Assembly (NCBI GenBank): GCA_030649895.1
Contig: JAUSEX010000052.1
Span: 16,988 to 80,987 of the forward strand
DNA length: 64,000 bases
DNA from: Candidatus Omnitrophota bacterium
GTDB lineage: Bacteria > Omnitrophota > Gorgyraeia > Gorgyraeales > Gorgyraeaceae
Direction of reading: 5' to 3'
The notes beneath the pieces were generated by a model. It was not told where the DNA came from, made no database searches, and saw nothing but the letters and a program-made list of their open reading frames with translations. This document shows positions 15,749 to 23,518 of the stretch, piece after piece. The position numbers were made by a program, and so were the translations under genes. Each line of letters begins with the position of its first letter. The first letter of the stretch is position 1.

Positions 15749-16153
15749 AAAAATAAATAAACCGCGCAGGTGATTCATTAGTCTTTTGCTTCTTTCTTCA
15801 AAATCCCCACTAAATATCCGGATATTCCTTAAAGGATTATCCGGACGCATGGAGGAGACTTTTTCAACGGCTTTGCGCACGTCATTTTCATTGTATTCTT
15901 TCATAATCCTTATGAAATTCTCAACCACCTTTGGGCTATAGCCTTTGTCTATCATAAAGCTGAATTCCCGGGCTTTGGCTACCGTGTCCTTACCGTAAAG
16001 CTTTTCCATGCCAAGCCATTTTTTCTCCATATCTTTTTCTGAATAAAGTATACCCAGAAGATACTCGCTTGGCTCTCTATTCTCATGACCAACGCCTTTG
16101 GCTATCCTAGCTCTTTTTATCTCCAGGACGCCATATTTTTCAAGCTCTCTCAT
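15722..16153 (-). CDS. 'Family A' winged-helix / DnaD-like protein, copy 3. The C-terminus is altered by a +1 frameshift (extra G in ATCCGGATATT), so it reads through into the repeat unit.
   Basis: Identical to the other copies up to RPDNPLRNI, then diverges (RIFSGDFEERSKRL...) instead of GYLVGILRKE. The DNA still encodes the ancestral ending in the -1 frame. Confidence 0.55.
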   Translation of the reverse strand: MRELEKYGVLEIKRARIAKGVGHENREPSEYLLGILYSEKDMEKKWLGMEKLYGKDTVAKAREFSFMIDKGYSPKVVENFIRIMKEYNENDVRKAVEKVSSMRPDNPLRNIRIFSGDFEERSKRLMNHLRGLFIFKIFERKHL

Positions 16154-16566
16154 GCCAGGGAAATTGGAGCCAATGATTTATCCTTTAAGAACCTGGCAGG
16201 GCATTTTATCGTTACAATCTGCGCTTCATCTATAGATCTCTTATCCACAAAAGGCCTAAGCCTTAGGATATTCTTTAATTTTTCCTTGGCATACTCTCTG
16301 GATATTATTAAATCAGCATTCTCGCTATTTAACCTGAATGCTGAATATGACCAGTTAGAGCTTCCTGATATTACAATAAATTTAACCGGCACGCCCTCTC
16401 TATAAAGCGCTAAAAAAGCTGAATCGTTCTTATCTTCATTATAGGGTTTACTCCTATCCAAATAGACCTCTATATTTACGCCTCTAGTATGCGCATCTAT
16501 TATATCCTGAACCAGCTTATACGCTTCGCTTTCAGTTTTATCCAGCTCCATAGATATCTCATACAT
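16150..16566 (-). pseudogene. PLD/Nuc-like nuclease paralog lacking the ATG and signal-peptide start region and carrying a 48-nt in-frame deletion that removes the catalytic HKD His-Lys segment.
   Basis: ...VKFIVISGSSNWSYSAFRLNSENADLIISREYAKEKL... The segment MPGKRLHDKLIVIDKN present at 12290-12337 is absent; the deletion is flanked by an ACAATA direct repeat. The upstream frame has no ATG and hits TAG. Confidence 0.6.
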
Positions 16567-16723
16567 CGCTATATAAATAGAGTCCTTTGATTTGGAAAGC
16601 GCTTCGTGGGCGGCTTGGAAATATTTGTCATCGCTTATATCTTGGATATCTACTTGGACTGCGAAACTTTTGATTGGAAATAATAAAAATGGAAGGATAA
16701 AAAAAATTTTAGGGAAAAGTATT

Positions 16724-18667
16724 TCAATCTATAAATTCCCTATGCCAGAGTTCCAGAAATAGAAGGCTCCAAATTCTGGCACCGTTGTTGGCTTTGCAGG
16801 CCATATGATCATCCAGAAGTTTCTTTACGGTCTCTTTTTTAAAATAACTTCTCTTTATGGCTTTATCGCTCATGAGGATATCATGCGAATAACCTTTTAG
16901 TTCATTGCGGAACCAAGAGTCTAAAGGCACGCCAAAACCCATTTTGCTTCTGGAAAGTATTTCTTTGGGCAATGCCTTGGATAATGCTTTCTTTAATATA
17001 TATTTTAATTTTGTGCCTTTTATTTTCATGCTACTCGGCATGCTGGCGCAGAATTCCATCATTTTATGGTCTAGAAACGGCGAACGGCCTTCCAAGGAAT
17101 TGGCCATTGTAGCAATATCCATTTTTACAAGCAGATCATCCAATAGATTAGTTTTTATATCAGCGCACATTACCTTATCCACCACATCTTCAGAGCCGCA
17201 TTCATTAAACGCTTTATCTAAATAATTAAATGAATTCCTGCCGGATATTTCTTTATTAAATTCATCAGTAAACAGGTTATTCTTTTCGTGATCATTAAAT
17301 ATAGCCGTCCAATTATAATGTCTTTCCCTGTATGGTTTAGGCAATTCCACCAGAAATCTTCTAATCCTAGCTTTAGAATCCTTAACCCCGAGAGATTCAG
17401 GTATCTTCCCTGTAATCAATTTTATAATCTTTTCCTTAAATGGAGCTGGTATTTTATTGATTAATTCCGCGTATCTCGTGGCCATAAACCTCTCGTATCC
17501 TCCAAAACACTCATCTCCCCCATCTCCATTTAGAGCCACTGTGACTTCCTGTCTGGTCATTTTAGCTACATAATAACTCGGAAGCGCTGAAGAATCAGCG
17601 TATGGTTCATTGTAATGCCATACAAGTTTTGGCAAAAGATCTATAGCGTCTGGTTTAACAATATATTCATGATGTTCTGTTTTAAACCGTTCAGCGATAA
17701 TTTTAGCGTATTTTAATTCGCTATACTCTTTATTATCAAAACCTATGGAAAATGTTTTTACAGGCTTTGAACTTAGTTTACTCATCATATATACTACAGC
17801 ACTCGAATCTATACCCCCGCTTAAAAACGCTCCGAGCGGAACATCGCTTATAAGCCGTATCTTTGTGCACTCCTCCAGCATATCCATTGTCCTGTCGCAA
17901 TATTCTTTCTCGGATAATTTTAGTTTCTTAGAAAAATCAAGCTTCCAGTATTTTTCTAATCTTATATTGCCTTTTTCATAGATCATAAAATGAGCAGGCG
18001 GAAGTTTCATAATGCCTTTAAACATAGTTTCAGGCGTAGGCGTATATCCGTAACTTAGGTAATCTGTAATGGCAGGCCTGTTGACCTCTTTAGAAATATC
18101 GGGATCTTGAAGAATGGCCTTGATCTCAGAAGCAAAGGTCAATGTTTGGTTCTTATATGTATAATAAAGCGGCTTTTTACCTATCCTATCCCGCGCCATA
18201 AAAAGCCTTTCTTTTTTATTGTCCCATATAGCAAAAGCAAAAGGCCCTCTTAAATCCTTAAGGCACTCCACGCCTTTTTCTTCATACAGATGTAAAATTA
18301 CCTCTGTATCAGTATGCGACTTAAAAATATGGCCTTTTTTTACAAGCTCGTCTTTTAATTCTATAAAATTATAAATTTCACCGTTCAGAACTATCCAAAT
18401 AGACCCATCTTCGTTACTCATTGGCTGATGGCCTGCGGGCGATAAATCAATAATAGCGAGCCTCCTATGCCCCAAACCAACGTTAGCAATATTGTTCGAG
18501 CGAGGCAAAATATACTTCTCGACTTCGCTCGAAGAATATTTTGCCGAGTCGAGAACCTTTATCCCCTCATTATCCGGCCCTCTATGCGTAAGAACCCCGC
18601 ACATCTTTCTGATGAGCTCTTCCGTCACATTCCCATTCGCACTAATTTTCCCGCATATCCCGCACAT
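16724..18667 (-). CDS. asnB: Asparagine synthetase B-like glutamine amidotransferase, copy 1, carrying an in-frame palindromic-element insertion near the N-terminus.
   Basis: N-terminal MCGICG... (Cys2 Ntn-hydrolase nucleophile), LGHRRLAIIDL, and a synthetase domain SGGIDSS. An extra ~24-aa segment DSAKYSSSEVEKYILPRSNNIAN lies between HRGPDNEG and LGHRR relative to the paralog at 46419-48314, and is encoded by 18488-18557. Confidence 0.9.
   Translation of the reverse strand: MCGICGKISANGNVTEELIRKMCGVLTHRGPDNEGIKVLDSAKYSSSEVEKYILPRSNNIANVGLGHRRLAIIDLSPAGHQPMSNEDGSIWIVLNGEIYNFIELKDELVKKGHIFKSHTDTEVILHLYEEKGVECLKDLRGPFAFAIWDNKKERLFMARDRIGKKPLYYTYKNQTLTFASEIKAILQDPDISKEVNRPAITDYLSYGYTPTPETMFKGIMKLPPAHFMIYEKGNIRLEKYWKLDFSKKLKLSEKEYCDRTMDMLEECTKIRLISDVPLGAFLSGGIDSSAVVYMMSKLSSKPVKTFSIGFDNKEYSELKYAKIIAERFKTEHHEYIVKPDAIDLLPKLVWHYNEPYADSSALPSYYVAKMTRQEVTVALNGDGGDECFGGYERFMATRYAELINKIPAPFKEKIIKLITGKIPESLGVKDSKARIRRFLVELPKPYRERHYNWTAIFNDHEKNNLFTDEFNKEISGRNSFNYLDKAFNECGSEDVVDKVMCADIKTNLLDDLLVKMDIATMANSLEGRSPFLDHKMMEFCASMPSSMKIKGTKLKYILKKALSKALPKEILSRSKMGFGVPLDSWFRNELKGYSHDILMSDKAIKRSYFKKETVKKLLDDHMACKANNGARIWSLLFLELWHREFID
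18488..18557. repeat. Nested palindromic element, copy F (permuted compact form), in frame inside asnB.
   Basis: AATATT GTTCGAGCG(18494-18502) aggcaaaatat A CTTCTCGAC(18515-18523) ttc GCTCGAAGAATATTTTGCC gag TCGAGAACC. Confidence 0.8.
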
Positions 18668-18750
18668 ACTATAATTACTCCTTATTCCGCATAAACGTTT
18701 TTATGGAATTTTAATTGCCGTCGTAGAGATATAATATTTAATGTCGATCA

Positions 18751-19890
18751 TTAATGTTTACAAATATTCTCAAGGTCCGCTAGATTTATAAACTTAATTG
18801 TAAAATCACCATATCTATGACTATAGGAATGGCTCATATTATGAGACACTACATATACTTGCGCTTTATCATAATGCCTTAAAAACACTTTAGCATTTGC
18901 CGGATCAAAATCTTTATCCCGCCATTTACATTCTATCGCGATAAGAGGCTGTCCCTTTTTATTGATCACGAAATCTATCTCGTGCCCCTGCTTATCTCTC
19001 CAATAACCGATGTCTCTAGCTTGCCGATGGGCAAATATCTCATTTAAAACAAAATGCTCCCACAGATAACCCATGTCTTCATTTCTAAGTTCATGCCAGC
19101 CGCGGTAATAACAAACAAACCCTGTATCAAAGCCATAGACTTTCGGAGCGGATATAATCTCATTTTGCCTTTTGGAACTAAAAGGACGAATAACATGCGC
19201 AGTAAAAGTAGCTTCAAGCACTTTCAGATAATTGGAGATAGTAGTCCGACTAGCTTCACATGGCGATGCAAAGCTATTGGCCTCAAATATACCGCCGCTT
19301 TGAGCCATAATAAGCTCAAAGAACTTTTGAAACGAATATCTCCTTTCAAGCCTGAATAACTCCTGGATGTCTTTCGCCCAAAAGGTATCTATCCAATCTT
19401 GAAAATTCCGCTCCGGGTATCGAGCGGTCATAAAGAAAGGCGGTAATCCGCCATAGAGAAACCTGTGTTTCAAATCAGTATTACCAAAAGACTCCGCATC
19501 TAATAGCGTCATGGGGGTAAGCCACAACTCCCGCTTTCTGTCTGTCAATGTATCCTTAAATTTCGCCGAAGCGCTAAGAGTAGACGAGCCAGTAGCAATG
19601 ATTTGTATGTCAGGATAATGATCAGCGGCTATTTTCAGTATTTCCGATGGGTTTGATAACCTGTGAATTTCATCCAACGCAATCCTGCGCCCGCGTAAAT
19701 TTTCTAAAAATAACTCCGGATCTTCCATCGCGCGCCTTATCCGAGGAAGCTCACAGTCAAAATAATCAATACCATCAAAGCTTTTGCACAGAAATGTCTT
19801 ACCTGAGCGACTTACACCCGTCAGCCAGATGATAGACTTTTCTTTAAACAGCCTTTCTATAACATTTTTCCAAAATGGCCTATTTTTCAT
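18751..19890 (-). CDS. AAA+ ATPase (AAA_14-like) with a C-terminal DUF4143 / PD-(D/E)xK-like domain, copy 3.
   Basis: Walker A GVSRSGKTF; Walker B ALDEIH; ATGSSTLSA; C-terminal ...EIDFVI...IAIECK. Confidence 0.8.
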   Translation of the reverse strand: MKNRPFWKNVIERLFKEKSIIWLTGVSRSGKTFLCKSFDGIDYFDCELPRIRRAMEDPELFLENLRGRRIALDEIHRLSNPSEILKIAADHYPDIQIIATGSSTLSASAKFKDTLTDRKRELWLTPMTLLDAESFGNTDLKHRFLYGGLPPFFMTARYPERNFQDWIDTFWAKDIQELFRLERRYSFQKFFELIMAQSGGIFEANSFASPCEASRTTISNYLKVLEATFTAHVIRPFSSKRQNEIISAPKVYGFDTGFVCYYRGWHELRNEDMGYLWEHFVLNEIFAHRQARDIGYWRDKQGHEIDFVINKKGQPLIAIECKWRDKDFDPANAKVFLRHYDKAQVYVVSHNMSHSYSHRYGDFTIKFINLADLENICKH

Positions 19891-20078
19891 AATTAAAGCA
19901 TATCATAAAGTTTAACTATAAGCAATACTAAACTTCTATAGTTATGCCAATATTACTCAGCCTCCTATGCCCCAGGCCCATATCTCCTTTTACATACACT
20001 CCCTTTATTTACAACATTATATCAGTACTATTTTATATTCCTAGTATCTTTTTGAACTTAGAAGTTGCATTTCTTTCC

Positions 20079-20221
20079 GATAGTGTGTCCAGCTTAATTC
20101 GTGACGCAGCGCGTCACGATTCGAATACATCACATAGAAATGCCTTATATTTTAGAACCATAAGGCTCGTAACTTATTATAAGGTAAAATGTTACAGCTC
20201 AGTAAGACGTCCCCGATGCTA
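20079..20221. repeat. 143-bp repeat, copy 1 (orphan). It is a duplicated 5' region, N-terminal coding segment plus promoter-like leader, of the YhcG-like nuclease gene.
   Basis: About 93% identical to 25119-25261. Its reverse complement encodes MMYSNRDALRHELSWTHY..., the N-terminus of the gene at 24445-25173. Contains the imperfect palindrome TCGTGACGCagcGCGTCACGA. Confidence 0.75.
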
Positions 20222-20276
20222 TCTCTTAAAGGCTTCGTGGATGGTGGATTTATTTACAACTCAACATAAGATTGCG

Positions 20277-21608
20277 TTACAGATTCCCTGCTTCACGAAC
20301 CAATCTTTTCATCTGCTCTGCCATATACAACGGCAGCGTTAACACTTTATCATGCAAAGATAGCTTCTCCTGCGAAAAGCGCACACCAAACAATGATTTC
20401 TTTTCTTCAATAAACAGTTTTAGTGATTTAAGCGTGCCGGTTTTTCCTGCCTTGACCTCCACCGGCAATATCAGAGAATCTACCGCCACAACATAATCAA
20501 CTTCAGCTGAGCTGCTTTTTTTATCACGAGCCCAGAAAAATAAGCCGCACTTTAAATAACTGTCAAAATAGGCCCTCAGCTCCTGGCCAATGAGCTGTTC
20601 TGTTACAGCGCCAGCATTAATCAGAAAAAAATTATTCGTTAATGTAAGTTCGGCCTGCAGGCCGCAGGCATTCTGCATTAGGCCTACATCAAGGAAGTTT
20701 AATTTGAATTTCATTTCATTAGCTTGCGCTCCCAAAGGAAGCCCTGAAGCGGCAGTAGCGTATATGGGATAGACGATACCTGCTAATTTCAAAAGGTTAA
20801 GCGCCTGTTTGATATCCCTAGATTTACTATGAGGATCGACATTTGAATACTTGATACGATTACCAACAAGCCGCGGAGCTTCATCCAATACCTTTTGCAA
20901 ATATTTGAGTTCGGAAGATTTTGCGTATTTCCCAAAATCATTCCGATACGCTTGCAGCAAAGAATTTTGAATTCGCTGACAATTTAAAAAGTTTCTATTA
21001 TCAAGGTGCTCTTTAACCACAGCCGGCATCCCTCCCACAATAAGATATATCCGCAACAAATCCATCAGCTTCTGATGTACCGCATCATCAAATACGCTGT
21101 TCAATCGTATTTCCCGCAGATGATCCCGCAACAATTCATTCCCGGATGCCGTCAAAAACTCCCCAAAAGACAAAGGCTCAAGATATATAAACTGGATTCT
21201 CCCCACCGGCATTTTAAAATCTGAACTGTTAAGCGCGAATTCCATTAATGAACCTGCCCCAATAACGGCAAGCCGATCATACTTTTCCTTGAAATACCGC
21301 AAGGCCATTATCGCGTTAGGGCATTCTTGTATCTCATCAAGAAAGAGCAATGTTTTCTCTGCTTCTATGTTTTCGCCCATAAGAAGCTGCAACTTATTAA
21401 TAATCTCGATAGGATCAAGCGTAGTAAAACATTGTTTGAGTTCAGGCCTAAATTCAAAATTAACAATAACTATATTTTTAAATGCTCTTTTTCCAAACTC
21501 TTCCACAATGTAACTTTTACCTACTTGCCGCGCTCCTCGCAACAATAATGGCAGCCTGTCTTTGCATTCTTTCCAGTTAAATAAATCTCTTTCCAAGTCT
21601 CTTTTCAT
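20277..21608 (-). CDS. AAA+ ATPase (AAA_14-like) with a C-terminal DUF4143 / PD-(D/E)xK-like domain, copy 4.
   Basis: Walker A GARQVGKSY; Walker B FLDEIQ; IGAGSLMEF; C-terminal ...EVDYVV...VEVKAGK. Confidence 0.8.
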   Translation of the reverse strand: MKRDLERDLFNWKECKDRLPLLLRGARQVGKSYIVEEFGKRAFKNIVIVNFEFRPELKQCFTTLDPIEIINKLQLLMGENIEAEKTLLFLDEIQECPNAIMALRYFKEKYDRLAVIGAGSLMEFALNSSDFKMPVGRIQFIYLEPLSFGEFLTASGNELLRDHLREIRLNSVFDDAVHQKLMDLLRIYLIVGGMPAVVKEHLDNRNFLNCQRIQNSLLQAYRNDFGKYAKSSELKYLQKVLDEAPRLVGNRIKYSNVDPHSKSRDIKQALNLLKLAGIVYPIYATAASGLPLGAQANEMKFKLNFLDVGLMQNACGLQAELTLTNNFFLINAGAVTEQLIGQELRAYFDSYLKCGLFFWARDKKSSSAEVDYVVAVDSLILPVEVKAGKTGTLKSLKLFIEEKKSLFGVRFSQEKLSLHDKVLTLPLYMAEQMKRLVREAGNL

Positions 21609-21707
21609 GGCAAACTCTTTCTATGTATGGCTAATATACAAGCATATAGTATAACAATATTGGCTATAATACAAGGTATATTATGTGGAACCGATAGCTT
21701 CCTTTTA

Positions 21708-21750
21708 TATATAGACACATCTTAAGGGTGGTTTCTTTCAATTTTTTTTA
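21708..21750 (-). promoter_or_regulatory. Conserved 40-nt motif, copy g, about 100 nt upstream of AAA#4.
   Basis: TATATAGACACATCTTAAGGGTGGTTTCTTTCAATTTTTTTTA. Confidence 0.55.
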
Positions 21751-22794
21751 AGTCATTAAAAGCTTCGTGGAGCTGCTTACTCCATTAATTTGTTCTTCGA
21801 TAACCCGTAGCTTTTCTATGACGCGATCAAATGATGGCGGCTCTTCAAAAAACATTTGTTGCATCTGGCGGTAATCGTTTTTCAGTTGGCTCACTTGATT
21901 ATCACAAGGCACCAAATGCAAGGTACCCGGCTTTGCTTCATCGTAATGCGCCCAATTCGCTTTAAAAAATAGAGATTTATGATCAGACACATCTTTTAGT
22001 AACGAAATACTCTCTAGGGCTCTTTTATATATCGGCGAATCCGCCATCGCGTATATATCGTAATAATGACGCGACATTCGCAATGGCACATTCTTTTCAG
22101 ACGGATAATGATATATCATATGCAAAATAGTCGCTTTCTCCCAAAAAGTCCGTTCCGCGGCTAAAACCCGTACAGAAGCTCCTTCAATGACCTGTTCACC
22201 GGGAACGTTCGCGATGTATGGGAAAATTATTGCGGTTTCAACCGGCCAATGATCAGAGCGAGCGCCAAATTCAACTTTGACCGAAGACCTTAAGTAGCTT
22301 TCCGCATGACTCATCATCGCATGGGGAAAAGTAAATAGAACAGTTTGTCCGTCCGCATCTTCTGTATCCAATTCGATTTTCCATTCACCGCTATCGGAAA
22401 GAACCGTCGCGACCCCTCTCTTTAAATCAGGAAGAATCATTTCATCAATTTTTGTTTTACAAACTAATTGCAATTCTTTAAGCCTTTTCTGATTTTCCTT
22501 ATTGCTTTTTTCTTTATCCGGTTCGATAGCATGAGTCTTAGATAAAAAAGGCCTTTCTATTGAAATGTCAACGTCTTCCGAAAAACGTTTAATAACGTTA
22601 TAACATTTTGAGAGGGATGTCCCCCCTTTAAAGGTTACATGCGTGCCGATCTGGGGTAACGAAAAAAGGATTTTTAGTATCCAGCATACCCAAAAGTCCT
22701 TTTCAACCAGCTGCGGCATTATGTTCAAGTTAGCAGCGGCCACTTCAAAATACGCGCGTTTATCTTTATGCGTCAACAATACGAATTTATTCAT
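21748..22794 (-). CDS. Nucleotidyltransferase, AbiEii toxin family, number 4.
   Basis: HVTFKGGTSLSKCYNVIKRFSEDVDISIERPF motif. Confidence 0.8.
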   Translation of the reverse strand: MNKFVLLTHKDKRAYFEVAAANLNIMPQLVEKDFWVCWILKILFSLPQIGTHVTFKGGTSLSKCYNVIKRFSEDVDISIERPFLSKTHAIEPDKEKSNKENQKRLKELQLVCKTKIDEMILPDLKRGVATVLSDSGEWKIELDTEDADGQTVLFTFPHAMMSHAESYLRSSVKVEFGARSDHWPVETAIIFPYIANVPGEQVIEGASVRVLAAERTFWEKATILHMIYHYPSEKNVPLRMSRHYYDIYAMADSPIYKRALESISLLKDVSDHKSLFFKANWAHYDEAKPGTLHLVPCDNQVSQLKNDYRQMQQMFFEEPPSFDRVIEKLRVIEEQINGVSSSTKLLMT

Positions 22795-22801
22795 AGTCCT
22801 T

Positions 22802-23400
22802 TTATTCCTGCAGTTGTCTAAAGATTGATCCTATCCACGCGGGGGCATAGCGAAGATCGCGCATAAGCCGGCACTTGTCAATCCCGGTTAATCTCTTTTT
22901 GAGTATCCCTATTGTTTTATCATCTACGTGATCTTTTCCTAAATACCTCAAAGCCTGAATAACCAAACCACTAACATCCCCGGTAGCTGCCATATTCTTA
23001 GGTGTTGTTCTTTTTAAAACAATCCGTTGATTTTTTACCTGCACTGTTTTATTGCCGCCATCTGTCAGAAAAATAATTCTCGCCGGTACCTGATCGGTTA
23101 AGCCCAGGAGATTGGCGGCATATGCCCCCGAAGGTTGAATTTTCAAGCTATCCCTTCCTGCTAATGCTTGAGCGATGCGCTCATAATTCGCAGGTAACTC
23201 TCCCAACACAGGGTGTTTCTCCGGGTAATCATACAGGCCACGCGCGAGTCGGCGAATAGTTCCGGAATCTGCTAAACGCTCTAGGGTTTTAGCTACGGCC
23301 GTGCGGCTTCCAAGATCAAGAAAATGAGTCGTGGTGAATACCCAACCCCTCTTCATCCCATATATCCTGCTAACTACTTTACTATCAATGCTTTGTGTCA
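22802..23400 (-). CDS. AbiEi-family antitoxin / regulator, number 4. The start is assigned to the ATG at 23398-23400; the longer ORF reaching 23449 would translate the promoter palindrome itself.
   Basis: MTQSIDSKVVSRIYGMKRGWVFTTTHFL...GTIRRLARGLYDYP (AbiEi_4 signature). GGAGAGG RBS 9 nt upstream of the ATG at 23400. Confidence 0.7.
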
Positions 23401-23416
23401 TAATAATAACCTCTCC

Positions 23417-23457
23417 TATGTCGCAAAAAGTATATACTTTTTGCGACATATTGTCAA
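23417..23457 (-). promoter_or_regulatory. Promoter of AbiEi#4: TTGACA(23452-23457)-N17-TATACT(23429-23434). Spacer and -10 lie within a perfect 34-bp palindrome TATGTCGCAAAAAGTATATACTTTTTGCGACATA (23417-23450), a candidate autoregulatory operator.
   Basis: Minus strand: cTTGACAatatgtcgcaaaaagtaTATACTttttgcgacataGGAGAGGttattattATG. AbiEi antitoxins are known autorepressors that bind inverted repeats. Confidence 0.7.
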
Positions 23458-23486
23458 GATGTTTTTACGTAAATCCACCCTTAAAA

Positions 23487-23518
23487 GCAGTAGCCCAGGT
23501 TTAAACCTGGGCTACTGC
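23487..23518 (-). terminator. Rho-independent terminator hairpin immediately 3' of DinD#3 (GCAGTAGCCCAGG-tttaaa-CCTGGGCTACTGC followed by TTTTAAG on the minus strand).
   Basis: 13-bp perfect stem, 6-nt loop, U-tract. A variant with covarying stem is at 24410-24441. Confidence 0.65.

Noticed and set aside
359-18557. CRISPR array hypothesis for the recurring CTCGAAGAATATT / GTTCGAGCG repeats.
   Set aside because: Copies are not regularly spaced, vary in length and module order, are internally palindromic (nested inverted repeats), and four lie inside conserved coding sequences. No cas genes are present.
19944-19990. A 15-nt exact match to asnB (GGGGCATAGGAGGCT, encoding LGHRRL) next to the AAA#3 start, as an asnB gene remnant.
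   Set aside because: It is too short (about 20 nt) to distinguish a remnant from chance or a shared repeat fragment. Mentioned only in passing.
813-21750. Integron attC / cassette-array interpretation of the 40-nt motif and the single-strand gene array.
   Set aside because: The motif lacks the R''-L''/L'-R' imperfect-hairpin symmetry of attC sites. It lies 5' of genes at variable distance rather than at cassette 3' ends, and no intI-like integrase is in the window. Recorded only as an alternative in the motif finding.
23401-23449. Upstream start of AbiEi#4 giving MSQKVYTFCDIGEVII...
   Set aside because: These 16 codons are the perfect 34-bp palindrome containing the -10 of a TTGACA-N17-TATACT promoter. 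A GGAGAGG RBS precedes the internal ATG at 23400.
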